The notes under the pieces are model-generated. The model did not search any database, was not told the DNA's origin, and saw only the letters and a program-made list of their open reading frames with translations. DNA of 64,000 bases from Felis catus (lineage: Eukaryota): contig NC_058368.1 in assembly GCF_018350175.1 (NCBI RefSeq), positions 10,044,001 to 10,108,000 on the forward strand. Reading direction: 5' to 3'. This document shows, one piece after another, positions 12,336 through 24,524 of this stretch. Numbering within the stretch: the stretch's first letter is position 1; each line of letters begins with the position of its first letter. The position numbers and the translations under genes were made by a program.

Positions 12336-12826
12336 AGGGTATTCTGCTTTTAAGGGTCCGCTATGAAAATGCAAATCTAGCCCTAGGAATGAGTAATTCC
12401 TTCCGTCTTAGGCTCTTAACCCTGGCTGCACTTGGCAATCACCAGGAGAGCCTTAGAACACAGACACCTGGGCCACCCCTAGAGCTCCTGTTCAGTTGGC
12501 CAATGGCAGTCGGGGCTGAGAGCCATGAGCGCCACGGCTGAATCTGTTCTCCGAGAGCCAGCTATGAGCAACACTGGGGCCAAGGGCAGAGGCAGACTTA
12601 AGAATCGAGAGGGTAAACCAGAAGGCCAAAGACCTTTATGGTTCTGTCTAGTGCTGCCCACACGAGTAGAGACGGCTCCAGAACCTGCAAAGGGTCTTGG
12701 GATCTAACTGCCATGCCAGGCGGAGGCAAGGGATCCTGTCTGTTGGGATGAAGATGTTTCGGTGGATGTGTATCTGAGGGTGCACATTGTTCCACAGGGC
12801 AGGGGGCAGGGGGGCCCCCTCTGGGG

Positions 12827-13063
12827 CAGGGCCAGTGCAGGGTGACATGAGGGGGGGTCCCTCAGGACCCACAGACACGGGCTGGGTCCTGTCTTTATTC
12901 ACAATTTCGATATTTTTGTTCATCATGGATGCTTTGCATTAATTTTGGTGTTTTAAAACACTGCATTAAAATATTATTTACCCTGATCGCTAAATTCTTT
13001 GGCGTGTGCTCAGTTTTGCACCAGACGCCAGGGAGACCCACCCTCCTTTCTCCCCGGGCCCTG
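12827..13063. mobile_element. hAT (Tip100-like) non-autonomous DNA transposon remnant
   Basis: Terminal inverted repeats cagggcc...ggccctg around an AT-rich core (atttttgttcatcatggat..tgcattaaaatattattta); family name uncertain. Confidence 0.55.
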
Positions 13064-13212
13064 TTCTGGGAAAGGGAGTACCGTTCACTGCAGCATTAGT
13101 GGGGGCAGCTTATGGCTGTGGGACCCGGCTTTCCCGTAGGGAGGTCTTGGATATGAACCGCGGCCTCAGCTGGGTGACCTTGGACAGCCCCCTTCTGGGC
13201 CAGGGGTGCCCG

Positions 13213-13246
13213 AGGGGGAGGGGGAGGGGGAGGGGGAGGGGGAGGG
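13213..13246 (+). repeat. (AGGGGG)5 hexamer repeat, G-quadruplex-forming potential
   Basis: Directly visible; five G5 tracts with 1-nt loops. Confidence 0.9.
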
Positions 13247-14174
13247 CGAAGGTGCGGCCTCCCCCGCTGGCTCCCCCGGGGCTGCCTCCCCCAGGCCCCT
13301 GCCTGCGCACCATTGTCTGGCTCCTTCGGCGTCCTCTGCTCACAGAAGGCCCCTTTGTCCCGGCCGCACCTGACTGCTGGCGGAGGTGGCGACTGGTGAG
13401 GCGCGCCTGGCACGCAGCCAGGGCGCTTTCAGCAATAACAGCGTTAGTCATGCCTCTTCCAGAAACCGCCTCGTAAACCGCTTCTGGGTCTGGGTGGCCC
13501 TGCGCGAGTGCTTTTCATTTCCTCTCCGGGTTGATTTTTAAAGGCAGGCTGCTTTTTGGTGCCAGAGCCAGTGCGGGTCAGGCTTGGGTCCGCTCCCTGA
13601 TGGTCCTCGGGAGGGTCGCCCCCCCCCCCCACCCCGGGGGCCCCTGCTGAGCTGGAGCTGAACCTTTTGCTGCCACAGCCACCCTGGGGGCCTGAGGGCT
13701 CCAAATGTGCGTCTCCAGGGTCGCCCTTGGGTTCTGACGATCACCTTGGAGCCAGCTCCTTTGTTCCAGCAGCGGGGCGCTGCCTCAGGGGGGACACTGC
13801 TCAGGGCTACTGGGATTCCTGGTCATCGCCAGCCTACCATCCGAGGGAGAGGGCATCATGTGAGTCTTTAGAACAGGCATGATGGGAGTAAAGCTATTTG
13901 CCCTGCGTGTGAGAATGTGACAGCCCTGAACTAGATGGGGGGGGGTTGCTTAGGGGTGGGGGCAGGAACATTTGAAGCAAGGTCGTCGGTGCAACTAGAA
14001 ATGGGAGCAGGGTGGCTGAGGGCGTCTTTAGGGTTGTTCACAGAGACCTGCGTTTTCCTCTTCTCCCGGGCATGAGGTGGGATGGCATTTTCTTGTCTTG
14101 GTGAGCTCGGGCATTTGCATGGGAGTGACTGTAAGTTTTCAAAGCCTCTGCTTTGCTTTGCAACATTCTTTCCC

Positions 14175-14188
14175 TTTGCCATGGCAAC
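14175..14188. promoter_or_regulatory. RFX X-box motif candidate
   Basis: TTTGCCATGGCAAC, 13/14 match to palindromic GTTGCCATGGCAAC, in GC-rich unique DNA. Confidence 0.5.
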
Positions 14189-14587
14189 TGGCGATGTCCT
14201 AGATAGTGGCCTCCCCCTCCCGCACCCCCCCCCCCCCATCAGCCTGGGTCCTGGAGCGAGGACCCGAGAGGCCGACGGCTGGCTGGCTGACGCTGGGGGT
14301 TATTTGCTATCTCAGCGTGACCCAGCCCTTGGGGACCGCGGCACTGACCCACCCCTCCCAGCAGCTCGCCGGCCTCGGTGACAGGCCGCAGAAATAAAAT
14401 TTCCTGTCCTCCTGTTAAACCTGCAGAGTTTCCCTTTGCGACTGTGCAGAAGGAAGTCTCTGCAGGGGGTCGGAGGGCATCCTGACCCTGTGGCAGACCA
14501 CGGCTCTCTAAATGTCCCCGTCCTGCCCATGTTTGGAAACTCAGATGGAATATTATTTACACCATGAAGTCTTCCGCAAATAGGGGA

Positions 14588-14806
14588 GACAGGTTGGGCG
14601 CGTAAAAACCCAGGACCCACAGTTAAATTTGATTTTCAGATAAACAGTGCAAAACAATGCGTAATGTTTTAGTGCAGTGTGTCCCAAGCAGTATTTGTGT
14701 TGTACTTATATTAACAAAACAAAACAAAACAAAACAAGAAACCAGCGTTGTTAATCTGGAATGCAAGTTTAACTGGGCATCTTGATTTTTATCTGACAGT
14801 CTTACC
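14588..14806. mobile_element. MER53 palindromic hAT MITE
   Basis: cagttaaatttgattttcagataaaca ... ttgttaatctggaatgcaagtttaactgggcatc long imperfect inverted repeat, as in MER53. Confidence 0.85.
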
Positions 14807-16412
14807 CATAAACCTTCCTTTCCTCTAAATACAGAACATTTTAGTTCTATTTATCGATTTCTATCAGACACTGTGACAACCGCGGTCCCGTTTTATCTGT
14901 CCCGTTGGACTTTGGGCGTCTGGAGGGCACAACCATACGTGAGGTGCTGTCGTCTCCTCCACGGCACCAAACCCAAACCCCTCACACAGCATGGGGATTA
15001 ACTCAGGGGATTGGAGGTGACAAAAGGCTCCTTGAGGTCCCGAAAGAAAAAAAAACATCAAAAGTAGAGAGGGTTAGACGTTTGTGCCCTGTCCCATTTT
15101 CCTGCCTCTTTCCAAAGGTTAGCAGGATCTAGCATTTTATACCTTGCTGCAGCCGCGGTCCCAGCCCCTGGAACAGAAGGCCTAGTTTTGTTTTAGGTTG
15201 CCCTCATCATTTCCAAGCAGACCCATTTCCGACTGCTTTGCTTCAGGTCCCCCCGCCGCTCTGGGGAGGGCATGTCCCTGGGCACAGGAGGCACTCTGTT
15301 TGGGAGGGTGAGAGGTCCTGGGGCCTTCCAGAGCCTCCAGCTTCTACACTGACTCCCAAGGCACCCCTGCCGGTGCGGGGCTGTGGCGGTGACCCTAGGG
15401 ATGACCCCCATGGCGGACTCTGCCTGAGCAGCAGGGTCTCTGGTGGGGCACACGTCTCCCCCTTCAACCTTGCAAACCGGCGTGGGAGCCCTTGAGGTCC
15501 TGCAGGCTGGACTCCTGCTGGCACCTGCCATTTAGCCCTCGGAGAAGTGTCAACATCCTGAGAGCAGACGTTTCTCACCTCTCAGGGCCAAGACGCAGCT
15601 GAACTTTTACCTCGCTCTTCCTTCTCAGGGTGAGAAGGTGCATATGCCTCTCCCAAGCTGTTTCTGTTCCTCCTCCATCACAGAAGCTTGGATGGGACGG
15701 AGCTCCCCCCGCCCCCCTTGCTAGCCATGTTTGCCCCCAGTTCCTGGGATATTGTGGGGGAAGGAGAAGACTAACCCGATTTACAGAATGATGTGGAACC
15801 TTAGACTACTACCTAGTACCGCGAGTTGGGATCCTCCTAATCCGACTCAGAAGAGTAAACGTTCATGAAAGCTTATCCAACCAACGAATTTCTCTGCATT
15901 GCATTATTTCCCCCCAGATTCATTCCAGTTTACATTTCCTGCCATCTCCATAACAGCCTGTACCCCCAGAATGAGCACGGGGAGCCATAATCAACAGAAC
16001 TAGAATGGGGATGCTCTTGGTACTTCCGCGTGTGGGTCTCTTATCTTCTTCTTGTAAGCCCTTGAAGTATGACAGTTGCATTTGGCCCCGAAAATGGGCC
16101 GAGGTGGATCTCCTATGGGCCCCCAGCACTCTTGGTACTTACGTCCCTGTGACGACATCCCAACAGCTAGGTCCCAACGGCCAGTGTCCGTGCATCACGC
16201 ACGCACAAGGTGCACACGAGGATACACAGCCCTGCAAAGAGAACATGGCGACACTGAAACGAGGAAGTGAGTGTGAAGACGAGCACCGGGTTCCAGACCT
16301 CCTCTGACTCCAGTTCCCAGTTTCTTCCGAATTTTCCTTCTCCTCCCTGAATCTTACAGGTGTTCCTTGACTTCTGCCCCAGAACAGCTCAAGCATAGGA
16401 CAGACTCCTCCC

Positions 16413-16570
16413 TCTTTTTTTTTTTTTCAATTGGGGAGAGAGAGAGAGAGAGCAAGAACCAGTGGGGGACAGGCAGAGAGAGAAGGAGACACAGAATCTG
16501 AAACAGGTTCCGGGCTCTGAGCTGTCAGCACAGAGCCTGATGTGGGGCTCGAACTCACGAAGCTGACCTA
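16413..16570 (-). mobile_element. 5'-truncated SINEC_Fc-type CanSINE
   Basis: gagacacagaatctgaaacaggttccgggctctgagctgtcagcacagagcc; head missing. Confidence 0.9.
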
Positions 16571-16805
16571 GCAGATCATTGAAATACAAATACTAGGCTT
16601 TCTGTGCTGAAAAATCCTCTTGGCCATTTCCACCACCGCCTGCCTTAGCCTCCCGTGGTGCTGGGGTGTCCTCCCCTCCAGTTTCTTCCTGCCCCAGGCC
16701 CCCCACTCACAGGAAGTTGTGACCAGGAAGGGAGGGCTTTTGAGATCCTGCTCATGTTCTGTCTTGACTTTGGTGATGGTTATGCAGAGATTTGCTTTAT
16801 AATTA

Positions 16806-16996
16806 TTTTTAAAATGTCTGTTTATTTATTTTGGGCGGGGGAGGGATAGAGAGAGAGGGAGAGAGAGAATCCCAAGCAGGGCCCGAGCTGCCAGCACAGA
16901 GCCAGATGAAGGGCTCAATCCCACGGACCGCGAGGTCATGACCTGAGCCAAGATCAAGAATCCGACGCTCAACCGACTGAGCCACCCGGGCGCCCC
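16806..16996 (-). mobile_element. CanSINE inside an old L1M 3'-end remnant (about 16710-17120)
   Basis: SINE head/tail; flanks resemble an L1ME/L1MC 3' end ending in poly(A) at 17103-17121. Confidence 0.9.
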
Positions 16997-18129
16997 AAAT
17001 ACCTGTTTTTGAAACGGGACATATGTGACTCGCTCACTCTCCTGTATGTACAATAAATACACCTTAACTCTTCTATACGTACAATAAACACAGCTTACAT
17101 TTAAAAAAAAAAAAAAAAAAACGAGGAAAACATTCCCGTTCATTTCTTATCACGGTTCGGCTATCTCTTGTTTACTTCCTTCTAACCACATCTTAGGGCC
17201 TAATCTTCAAAAAAGAGCAGTTTATCTGGGTATTTCGCTAAGTGGAGGCAGCTCTTCCCTGAAGAGGCATGTCTTAACATGAGATAAAACTCAGCAGGAC
17301 GGTTACCACACAGTCCTGACAGCAGCCTCGGTCCAGGATGGCCACAGTGTTGGGTGTGAGGGGCAAAAGGCAGGGGACAAAGAGAGAGAGGGCAGCTGGG
17401 CTCAGTCGGAAGGGCCTGGCAGGCCGGGCTGTGGCATGTGCCTCTTACCTTAGGGGCGGAAAAGGGCCACGGGTCTGAGCGAGGGTTAGTTCAGACTGCA
17501 TCAGAGGCCTCGGTGGGGGTACTTTAGAGCCTGGGGGGCCAGCCGGGAGGGGCTGCAATGAGTTCAGGTGGGAGGGTGGGCAGGAGCTGGCTCAGCGGGG
17601 TGCAGAGAAAGGCACGGACAGGATCTGGGCTTCGGGGATAGAGTGTGCAGGGCTGAGCGGCCCCTTCAGTGTGGCGTGGTGGCGGGGAGAGCCCGAGATG
17701 CTGTCAGGTTTCTCGCTGGTCCCGTCACTCTGTGAGATGGAGAAGGTAGAGGGGGGCAGCCTGAAGGTGGGCGCGCACAGGCAGATCGCAAGGAAACGGG
17801 GATTGGAGACTCAGAGCCCCGAGGCAGGCGCAGAAACAGGCTGCTAGCTCTTTTCCTTTTCGCTCCTCTGGGGATCAGAATCTACCTCCCGGTTAGTTCA
17901 GATGGCACAGAGCCAATTGTGCCCCTCCGTCTCTGTCACCATCCTAGGCAGGGACGAAAGTGGAGAACAGGCAAGAAAGAGAAGAAGAAAACAGAAAGGA
18001 GCCCGAGGCAGTACAGGCAGAGGAAGGCAGGAGGCAGGAGGGGAAGAGGGAAAGGGGGGGTGTGGGAAGGATGGAATGGGGTACAAGCGGCTGTGCCTGC
18101 CATAGGCAGTAATTCTTTCCCCAGAGGCT

Positions 18130-19520
18130 TCGTTCATTCATTCACTCATCCGTTCACTCCTCCATTCGTTCAGGAAGTGGTGTTTGCGTACCTACTACGT
18201 GCAGGCTCTGTGCACAGGCTCCGTGGAGCTTCCCCGATAAACGGATCAGACGTGCTCCTGATCCAGGTGGAGTTCATAATCTGATCGGCGAGGCAGCTAA
18301 TGAGCAAATAAACACAAATGAAACATACAATTACAAATTTCGATAAAGCTATCTACGAAGGAAGAGTAAAGAAGGCTATGGGAGCATACCGGGGGGGTTG
18401 AGCTTCCGGAAGCGCGTGTGATGCTCTAAGGCAGAGTCTGGGAAGGCCTGTCAATGGAAGGATGAAAACTTCCCAGCCAGGCTGTGATAGTCAAAACAGC
18501 TGGTAACCACCAACCCCAGATCTCTACGGCTTAACATTAAAAGTTGACTTTTCACTCACATTAAATTGGCCGAGGATCCGGGTAACCCTTCAGAGCAGCT
18601 GTCCTCCACATGTGGCTCGGCGGGTCTACGGGGCTTTGATCTTACGGCAACTCCACGTTCACTCGTCTTCCAAGAGCGCTGCGGTGGGGAACGGAGCGTG
18701 GAGACGTGCGCCCCAGCGCTGAATGCCGCTGAAGGGACATGAGTCCGCTGACATTTCACTGCCAAAGCAAATCTCATGGCCGCCCCTAATTTCAAGGAGA
18801 CGTGAGCCCGGAAGGAGAGAGACCCAGAAATCTTGGCGAGTGCCAGGAACGTCTACCGCATAGGCCAGGAATGGGGAGAAGGGCATTCCAGGGGGCAAGG
18901 GGCTCAGAAAACACACGGTGGGTGGAGTGGAGTGAGCAAAGGGGGGGTAGTGAGAGTTGATTGAAGAGGTGGTCAGGCTTAGCTCGTATACAGGAAGGAT
19001 TATATGTTCTAAGTACAAATGAATGTTTTAAAGCAAGGGATTCTGGGCCTATGATTCATTGTTTAAGAAGGTGGCTTGGGCGATTGTATGGAGACGTGGA
19101 GAAAGAGGCTCTTTGACGTAGTCCGGGCTCGAAACCATAGTGGCTCACAGGAGGCTGGTAGACGGGGAGACATGGTAGGATAGAGACCAGCTTGGTGGTG
19201 GAAATGGTGAAGTTGGGTGGCAGATTGGAATGCAGGGAGAAGAAGGGTCCAGGAAGGCAGTACGTTTTGGGGCTTAAGCAACTTAAAGAATGGAGATGCC
19301 ATGCACGAAGACAGGGAGGCTGGGGGAGGCAGAGGCTGTGAGTGTGTGTGTGAGAGGTGTGTGTGTGTTCATGTGCACCTGTTTAGGGGGGAGCTCTGGG
19401 GTTTGGTTTTATACAGTGCAGGTAGTGCAGGTGGCGCTACCTATGGAACACCCAACAGAAATGCCACGTGGGCAGCTGGATACAAGTTCTGGATCTCTGT
19501 GATATCAAGACCAGGTGAGT
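18130..19520 (-). mobile_element. L2 LINE 3' fragment interrupted by an MLT1 LTR
   Basis: (TTCA)n tail followed by ..gtacctactacgtgcaggctctgtgc; purine-rich L2 body resumes at about 18862. Confidence 0.7.
18483..18860 (-). mobile_element. MLT1K/L-type MaLR LTR
   Basis: ggtaaccaccaaccccagatctctacggcttaaca..catttcactgccaaagcaaatctcatggccgcccctaatttcaagg. Confidence 0.7.
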
Positions 19521-19636
19521 GAAACCTCCCTGTTGCGCCTATAGAGAAGCAGGGGACTCAGCACAACACTGGATTCTCTTCTCTCACTCCAAGGCCAACT
19601 ACGAATGTTGCCGACTGTTTTAAAATGTGGGGTATT

Positions 19637-19803
19637 GGGACACTTGGGGGGCTCAACCGGTTACACGTCCGACTTCGGCTCGGGTCACGATCTCACGGTT
19701 CGTGAGTTTGAGCCCCACGTCGGGCTCTGTGCTGACAGCTCGGAGCCTGGAGCCTGCTTCAGCTTCTGTGTCTCCCTCTCTCTCCGCCCCTCCCCTGCTT
19801 GCA

Positions 19804-19841
<38 letters not shown>

Positions 19842-19858
19842 AATAAACATTTAAAAAA
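19637..19858 (+). mobile_element. SINEC_Fc-type CanSINE
   Basis: Full head, gacagctcggagcctggagcctgcttc, (CT)n tract, A tail. Confidence 0.95.
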
Positions 19859-19867
19859 TTTAAGTAT

Positions 19868-20410
19868 AGAAATTTGGGGCATGGGAAGGCCAACAGAACA
19901 GATGACTTCCATGGAAAGATAATGAATCAGACCCAGTTTCCAGGAAAAGCCGGCCTGTCTTAGCACACAGGGCCACGCAGGGAATCACCAGCGTCGGTCA
20001 GGAGACAGAGGGAGGAGGGGAGAGCTGTGAGCCAGGGTCTTCATTGTAGTTTCCATGGGAAGGAATGGATGAGGCAGGGTCAGCAGATTTAGGGTCGGCT
20101 AGTTTGAGTAATGTCAGCAGGCTTTGGGACACAGGGCTGACCCCAGTTGTCCGGTCCTTGGCTCTGGGGTCATTAGTACAGATGGATAGGGGCCCAGGGT
20201 GTGAGACCCCAATGGAGGAGGTGGAGTGTGTGTGTGAGCTCTGGATTAGCTGGTTTGCCTTTGAAGAGCCTGTTCCTGGGCCAGTTATTTACCAACTCAA
20301 GGACTCGATTCAACCTGGAGAGGTGGGGGTCAGTCCCTCTGGGGCCAGCAAGGCCCCACATGTCAAAGCGTCAGAACGCAAGCTGATAAAAGACACGGTT
20401 AATGACCTGC
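19868..20410 (-). mobile_element. MER54/MER74-like ERVL LTR
   Basis: ggaaggaatggatgaggcagggtcagcagatttagggtcggctagtttgagtaat; same family as 34400-34850 in opposite orientation. Confidence 0.6.
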
Positions 20411-21616
20411 CACCTGGGTACCACATTTCCCCACCGTGCACCTAAAGGTGACCTAACGTGCAGCCACGCTTCGAGGAAGGATGTTTAATGACATTTGAAA
20501 AAGCACTTGCGAGCTGTGTTGTCAAGAGATATATCCCCACACACTTACCACCCACACTTTGGCCAGTCACCTGCTCTCAGAGCTGCATGTCACAGCACGG
20601 CCTACATAGCTGCCCCCTCCCTCCCAACCCCCACCACACCGCCGCAGAACAAGTCCGTCTCTTGGCCTCAGTGACCCTGTAAATGAGGCTGGCGTGGGCC
20701 AAACATCTGAATGCGATGCAAAAGCCTCGGTTTTATATTTAATTCTAATTTGCTCTTCTGAGAAGTGTTATATTCTCGAGAGAGAGATGGGTTGCCTGGG
20801 AGATGTGGTTCTCAGGCCAGAATCTCTGTTGTCTACGAAGCGGTGTGGACATTATTTAAAGCCCCCCATACAATGGGACGACTGGAGAAGAGATCACTCG
20901 AATAGATGAAGGTGTTGGGGAGGCAGAGGCATGGGCGTGAGCCTCCCTGCACGTTCTTGTCCTGTGTGCCAGACTGCAGGGCTTCTGAGCTCGTCGCAGA
21001 CGCCTAAGTAGGTCAAGGTGCCCACGGTGTGACTTCCACACAACCGCAACCGTTCGCTCCCCGGGAGGAGGGGGAGAGGCTTGTCAGTCGCTTGCTAGGA
21101 GGTTTTCTGCTCGCTCAAAAATGCCGGCCCTTGACCCTGAGTCCCTCTGCTGCTGTGCTATCCAGTGGGCGCCCAGCACCCATCTGGGCCCGTCGTGTGG
21201 CTCTGCAGAGTCGGGGCGGGGAGCTGGTGCAAACATACCGACCCTCCGTGAGGTGAGGCTGCTGTGAGTAACAGAGTGTCTCCATCTCTGACCCAGGAGA
21301 CCCATGTCTTCTGTCGGCATCCATGAAAGGTCTTTGCTCTCACGGAGGCAAGATCTCAGCCACTCCCCGGGTCTTGACGTAAGAACGCGGCCCTTGTTTT
21401 CAAGTGTCACTAGCTAGCGTGTGCCACAAAGCAATCATCAGCCCCCTAACAAGGGAACTTGTGGCTTTGGTGAGAAGGACACCTGGTGATGAACGCTAAT
21501 GGCTCTTTTAACAAAGAACAGCAGCTCCGACTTCATTTGGATCTTGGGCTGTCGGGCATAAATAAGATGACATTAATCTGAAAGAAGGAACCAAAATGTA
21601 GTCAGAACGCTCTGGG

Positions 21617-21648
<32 letters not shown>

Positions 21649-22128
21649 AAAGCATTTCTTGTGATTACAATGTTCCTGGCAAATTAATGATGCTTTGTGT
21701 TAAAAAAATGAAAACTCCTGTGGCAAGAAGGCTGGTGGGAGAGGAAGAGCTTAAGCTCGGGGTCGATCCGCCTAAGCCAGGGGCCACAGCTTCGTGCCCT
21801 TGGCGCTCCCCACCCCCCGGGGCGGCCCCCTGCGCCTCCGGGCAGGTTGTTGGAGCAGGTGCTGGCGGTGGGAGGGTGGTGGGCTAGCCCAGCGCGGCGC
21901 TGCACCCTCCCTGTCTGAAGTGGCTGTCAGTTAACAGTAACACTCTGGGGGCCCGGACGACGCCCCCTTGGGTACAGTGAGGGGAACAACACGTGAGAGG
22001 AAGGCGAACCCCCTGCTAAGGGATAGTGGACACCCTCTCCTTTGTCAGTCTCCATCTCTGACCCGCCAGTAAGTGAGCCTTGATGTGGCCGGTCTTCCCC
22101 AAGTGCAGAGTGAGGGCAGCTAGGGAGG

Positions 22129-22441
22129 TGTCTTAGCCTATTTGGGCTGTGCTGACGTCGTGCCACAGGCTGGGTGGCTTGGGAGCAAGAGTCCTGGAGG
22201 CCGGAAGTCCAAGATCAGGGTGCAGCACGGTGGTGGGAGCCCTGGCGTCGGGCTGTGTCCTCGTATGCCTACGGTGGCGAAGGAGAGCCGGAGCTCTCGG
22301 AGCCCGATCCCGTTCCCGTAGCCTCCACCTTCGTGACCTAAGCAGCACCCAAAGGTCTCACCTCTGAATACCATTACCTTTCGGGGTTAGGATTTCAACG
22401 TACGAATTTAGAGGGACACGAACATTTCGGCCGCCGCAGCA
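22129..22441 (-). mobile_element. MLT1A-type MaLR LTR
   Basis: tgtcttagcctatttgggctg..ggaagtccaagatcagggtg..ggggttaggatttcaacgtacgaattt..gcagca. Confidence 0.85.
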
Positions 22442-23024
22442 GGTGACTGAACGGTTATAGTCCTTCTAGCCACCTTTGCCAGGGCACAAACGAACAACAA
22501 ACCCCGAAGTCCCCAGAACCCTGTCCGCCTGCACGGAGCCGCAGAATAAAAAGAGGGCAGTCCTTGCGGCTCTGGCGGGGCTCCTGAGACACGAGGGCAG
22601 TGGCACACGGTAGGACAGGCGTCGCGTGGGCTGCGAGCGCCAGGCGCGCTCTGCGGGTGGGTGCCGGTGCTCGGCGTGGTCCGTCCCTGCTGCTCGGTCA
22701 TGCCTGCCCCACCTTCCTGAGTGTCTGCGTCCCCATCCTGGGACTCCTGCCTGCTGTCTTGCCCAGGGCCTCCTTCTCTGCTTCCTTCTCAGTCACATCG
22801 TGGCTCTATTTCTGTCCTTTTGTTCTTCTTCCTTTTTTTTTTTTTTTTTTTTTTTTAATGCTCTGGTTTGAGTTCTTTGGGCACCGTGTAGATGTGTGAA
22901 TCATACGTTGAAACAATTTTTTTCTTTTTTCTTTTTGTGTTCCATGCGATTAGGCAAAAAAGCCCCCAAGTAGCTTGGAAACACCCAAGCCTACTCGGCT
23001 CCTTGCCCACTCGGCACCTTACCC

Positions 23025-23135
23025 GATCCTGCAACAGCCCTCTGAAATACCACCAGACTCATTTTACAGAGAAGCTGGGGCTCACCGAGGTCAAGTAAGC
23101 GGCCCAGGGCCGCACGGTGGTGTGGAGCTGTGCCT
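23025..23135 (-). mobile_element. MIR fragment
   Basis: cattttacagagaagctggggctcaccgaggtcaagtaagcggcccagggccgcacgg (MIR core). Confidence 0.65.
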
Positions 23136-23529
23136 GGCTCCCATGCTCGCACTCCTCATCCCTGTAGAGTGGCGCCCCGTTCAGTGTGGCCGAAGGGGCG
23201 TGAGCCGGGAGCGGAGGGAAGACCTTGACATCCGGGCCGCCCGCTCGCACGTGTGGGTCTCGACCTCTCCCCTACCGGCTCTGTGACTGAGCTCCCCTGG
23301 GGTTCACAACGGGGCGTCTCAGAGGGTCGTCGCAAGATCGTCGTACGCGGCAGCCGGTGCCCGCACGACCCGCCCCCCACGCCCCCGCATCTCCTCTGCT
23401 CTTCCCCTTGCGAAGCCCACCCACCTTCGTCACTGGCGCCACCTTCTGCTCCAACACACCGGGGGGGCCTTACCTGAGGACCCTCGCTTGTCCCGTCTCT
23501 CTGTATCCGGGACCTCATTTCTCCAGATG

Positions 23530-23832
23530 CACGGTTGGCTCACTCCTCGTCCGCTCTAGGGTTTTACTCAAAGGTCGCCCTCTTGGCGAAGGGTTCCTTG
23601 GCCTCTGTTCTTGAAATCTCAAACCTTCCCCCCAGCCACGCTCTCAGCCTTCCTCCTCTGCTTTATCTGCTCCCCAGGACGCCCGGCTTTCCAACACCAT
23701 GCTAATTCTGCCTGCAAATCTTTCCCGGCTGGAAAGTAAATTCCGTGAGGTCACACAATTTTGTCTTTTTGTTCACCGCTGTTGCCTCAACTCCTAGAAC
23801 ACCACAGACGACAAACACTTGTCAAGGAAATC
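23530..23832 (+). mobile_element. L2 3' fragment
   Basis: taaattccgtgaggtcacacaattttgtctttttgttcaccgctgttgcctcaactcctagaaca. Confidence 0.6.
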
Positions 23833-23982
23833 AGTATTATTATTATCACCTCTTTCTTTCTTTTTGGATAGTACTGGAACAGAAACATAACCAAAACTAT
23901 CTTCAGTGGCCGGCAGGTCCTCGGCCCATCTCACAAGGGGTTCACTGGCTTCTCTGTGAGTAGAATGTCTGCAATTTCATTC

Positions 23983-24524
23983 TTTTTTTTTTTTTTAATG
24001 TTTATTTATTTTGTGAGGGGGGGGGAGAGAGAGAGTTAGCAGGAGAAGGGCAGAGAGAGAGAGGGAGAGAGAATCCCAAGCAGGCTGCATGCTGTCAACA
24101 CAGAGCCCAATGCGGGGTTCGAACTCACTAACCATGAGATCACGACCTGAGCCGAGTGGGGCTGAGCCACCCAGATGCACCTAAAGATTTTATTTTATTT
24201 AAAAAAAAATTTTTTTTAACATTTATTTATTTTGAGACAGAGAGAGACAGAGCATGAATGGGGGGAGGGCCAGAGAGAGAGGGAGACACAGAATCTGAAG
24301 CAGGCTCCAGGCTCTGAGCCGTCGGCACAGCCTGATGCGGGGCTCGAACTCATGGACCGTGAGATCGTGACCTGAGCGAAGTCGGACGCTCAACCGACTG
24401 AGCCACCCAGGCGCCCCTAAAGATTTTATTTTTAAGTAATCCCTACACCCAGCGTGGGGATCTAACTTACAACCCCAGGGTTAAAGGGTTGCACGCTCTG
24501 CTGACTGAGCCATCCAGGAGTCCC
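23983..24524 (-). mobile_element. Three stacked minus-strand CanSINEs (23983-24182, 24197-24417, 24420-24524 short old type)
   Basis: Three SINE heads; middle copy flanked by TSD taaagattttatttt. Confidence 0.93.

Noticed and set aside
13006..13476. ORFs with (GR)n, (P)n or (LP)n runs
   Set aside because: Translations of the (AGGGGG)n repeat in GC-rich DNA.
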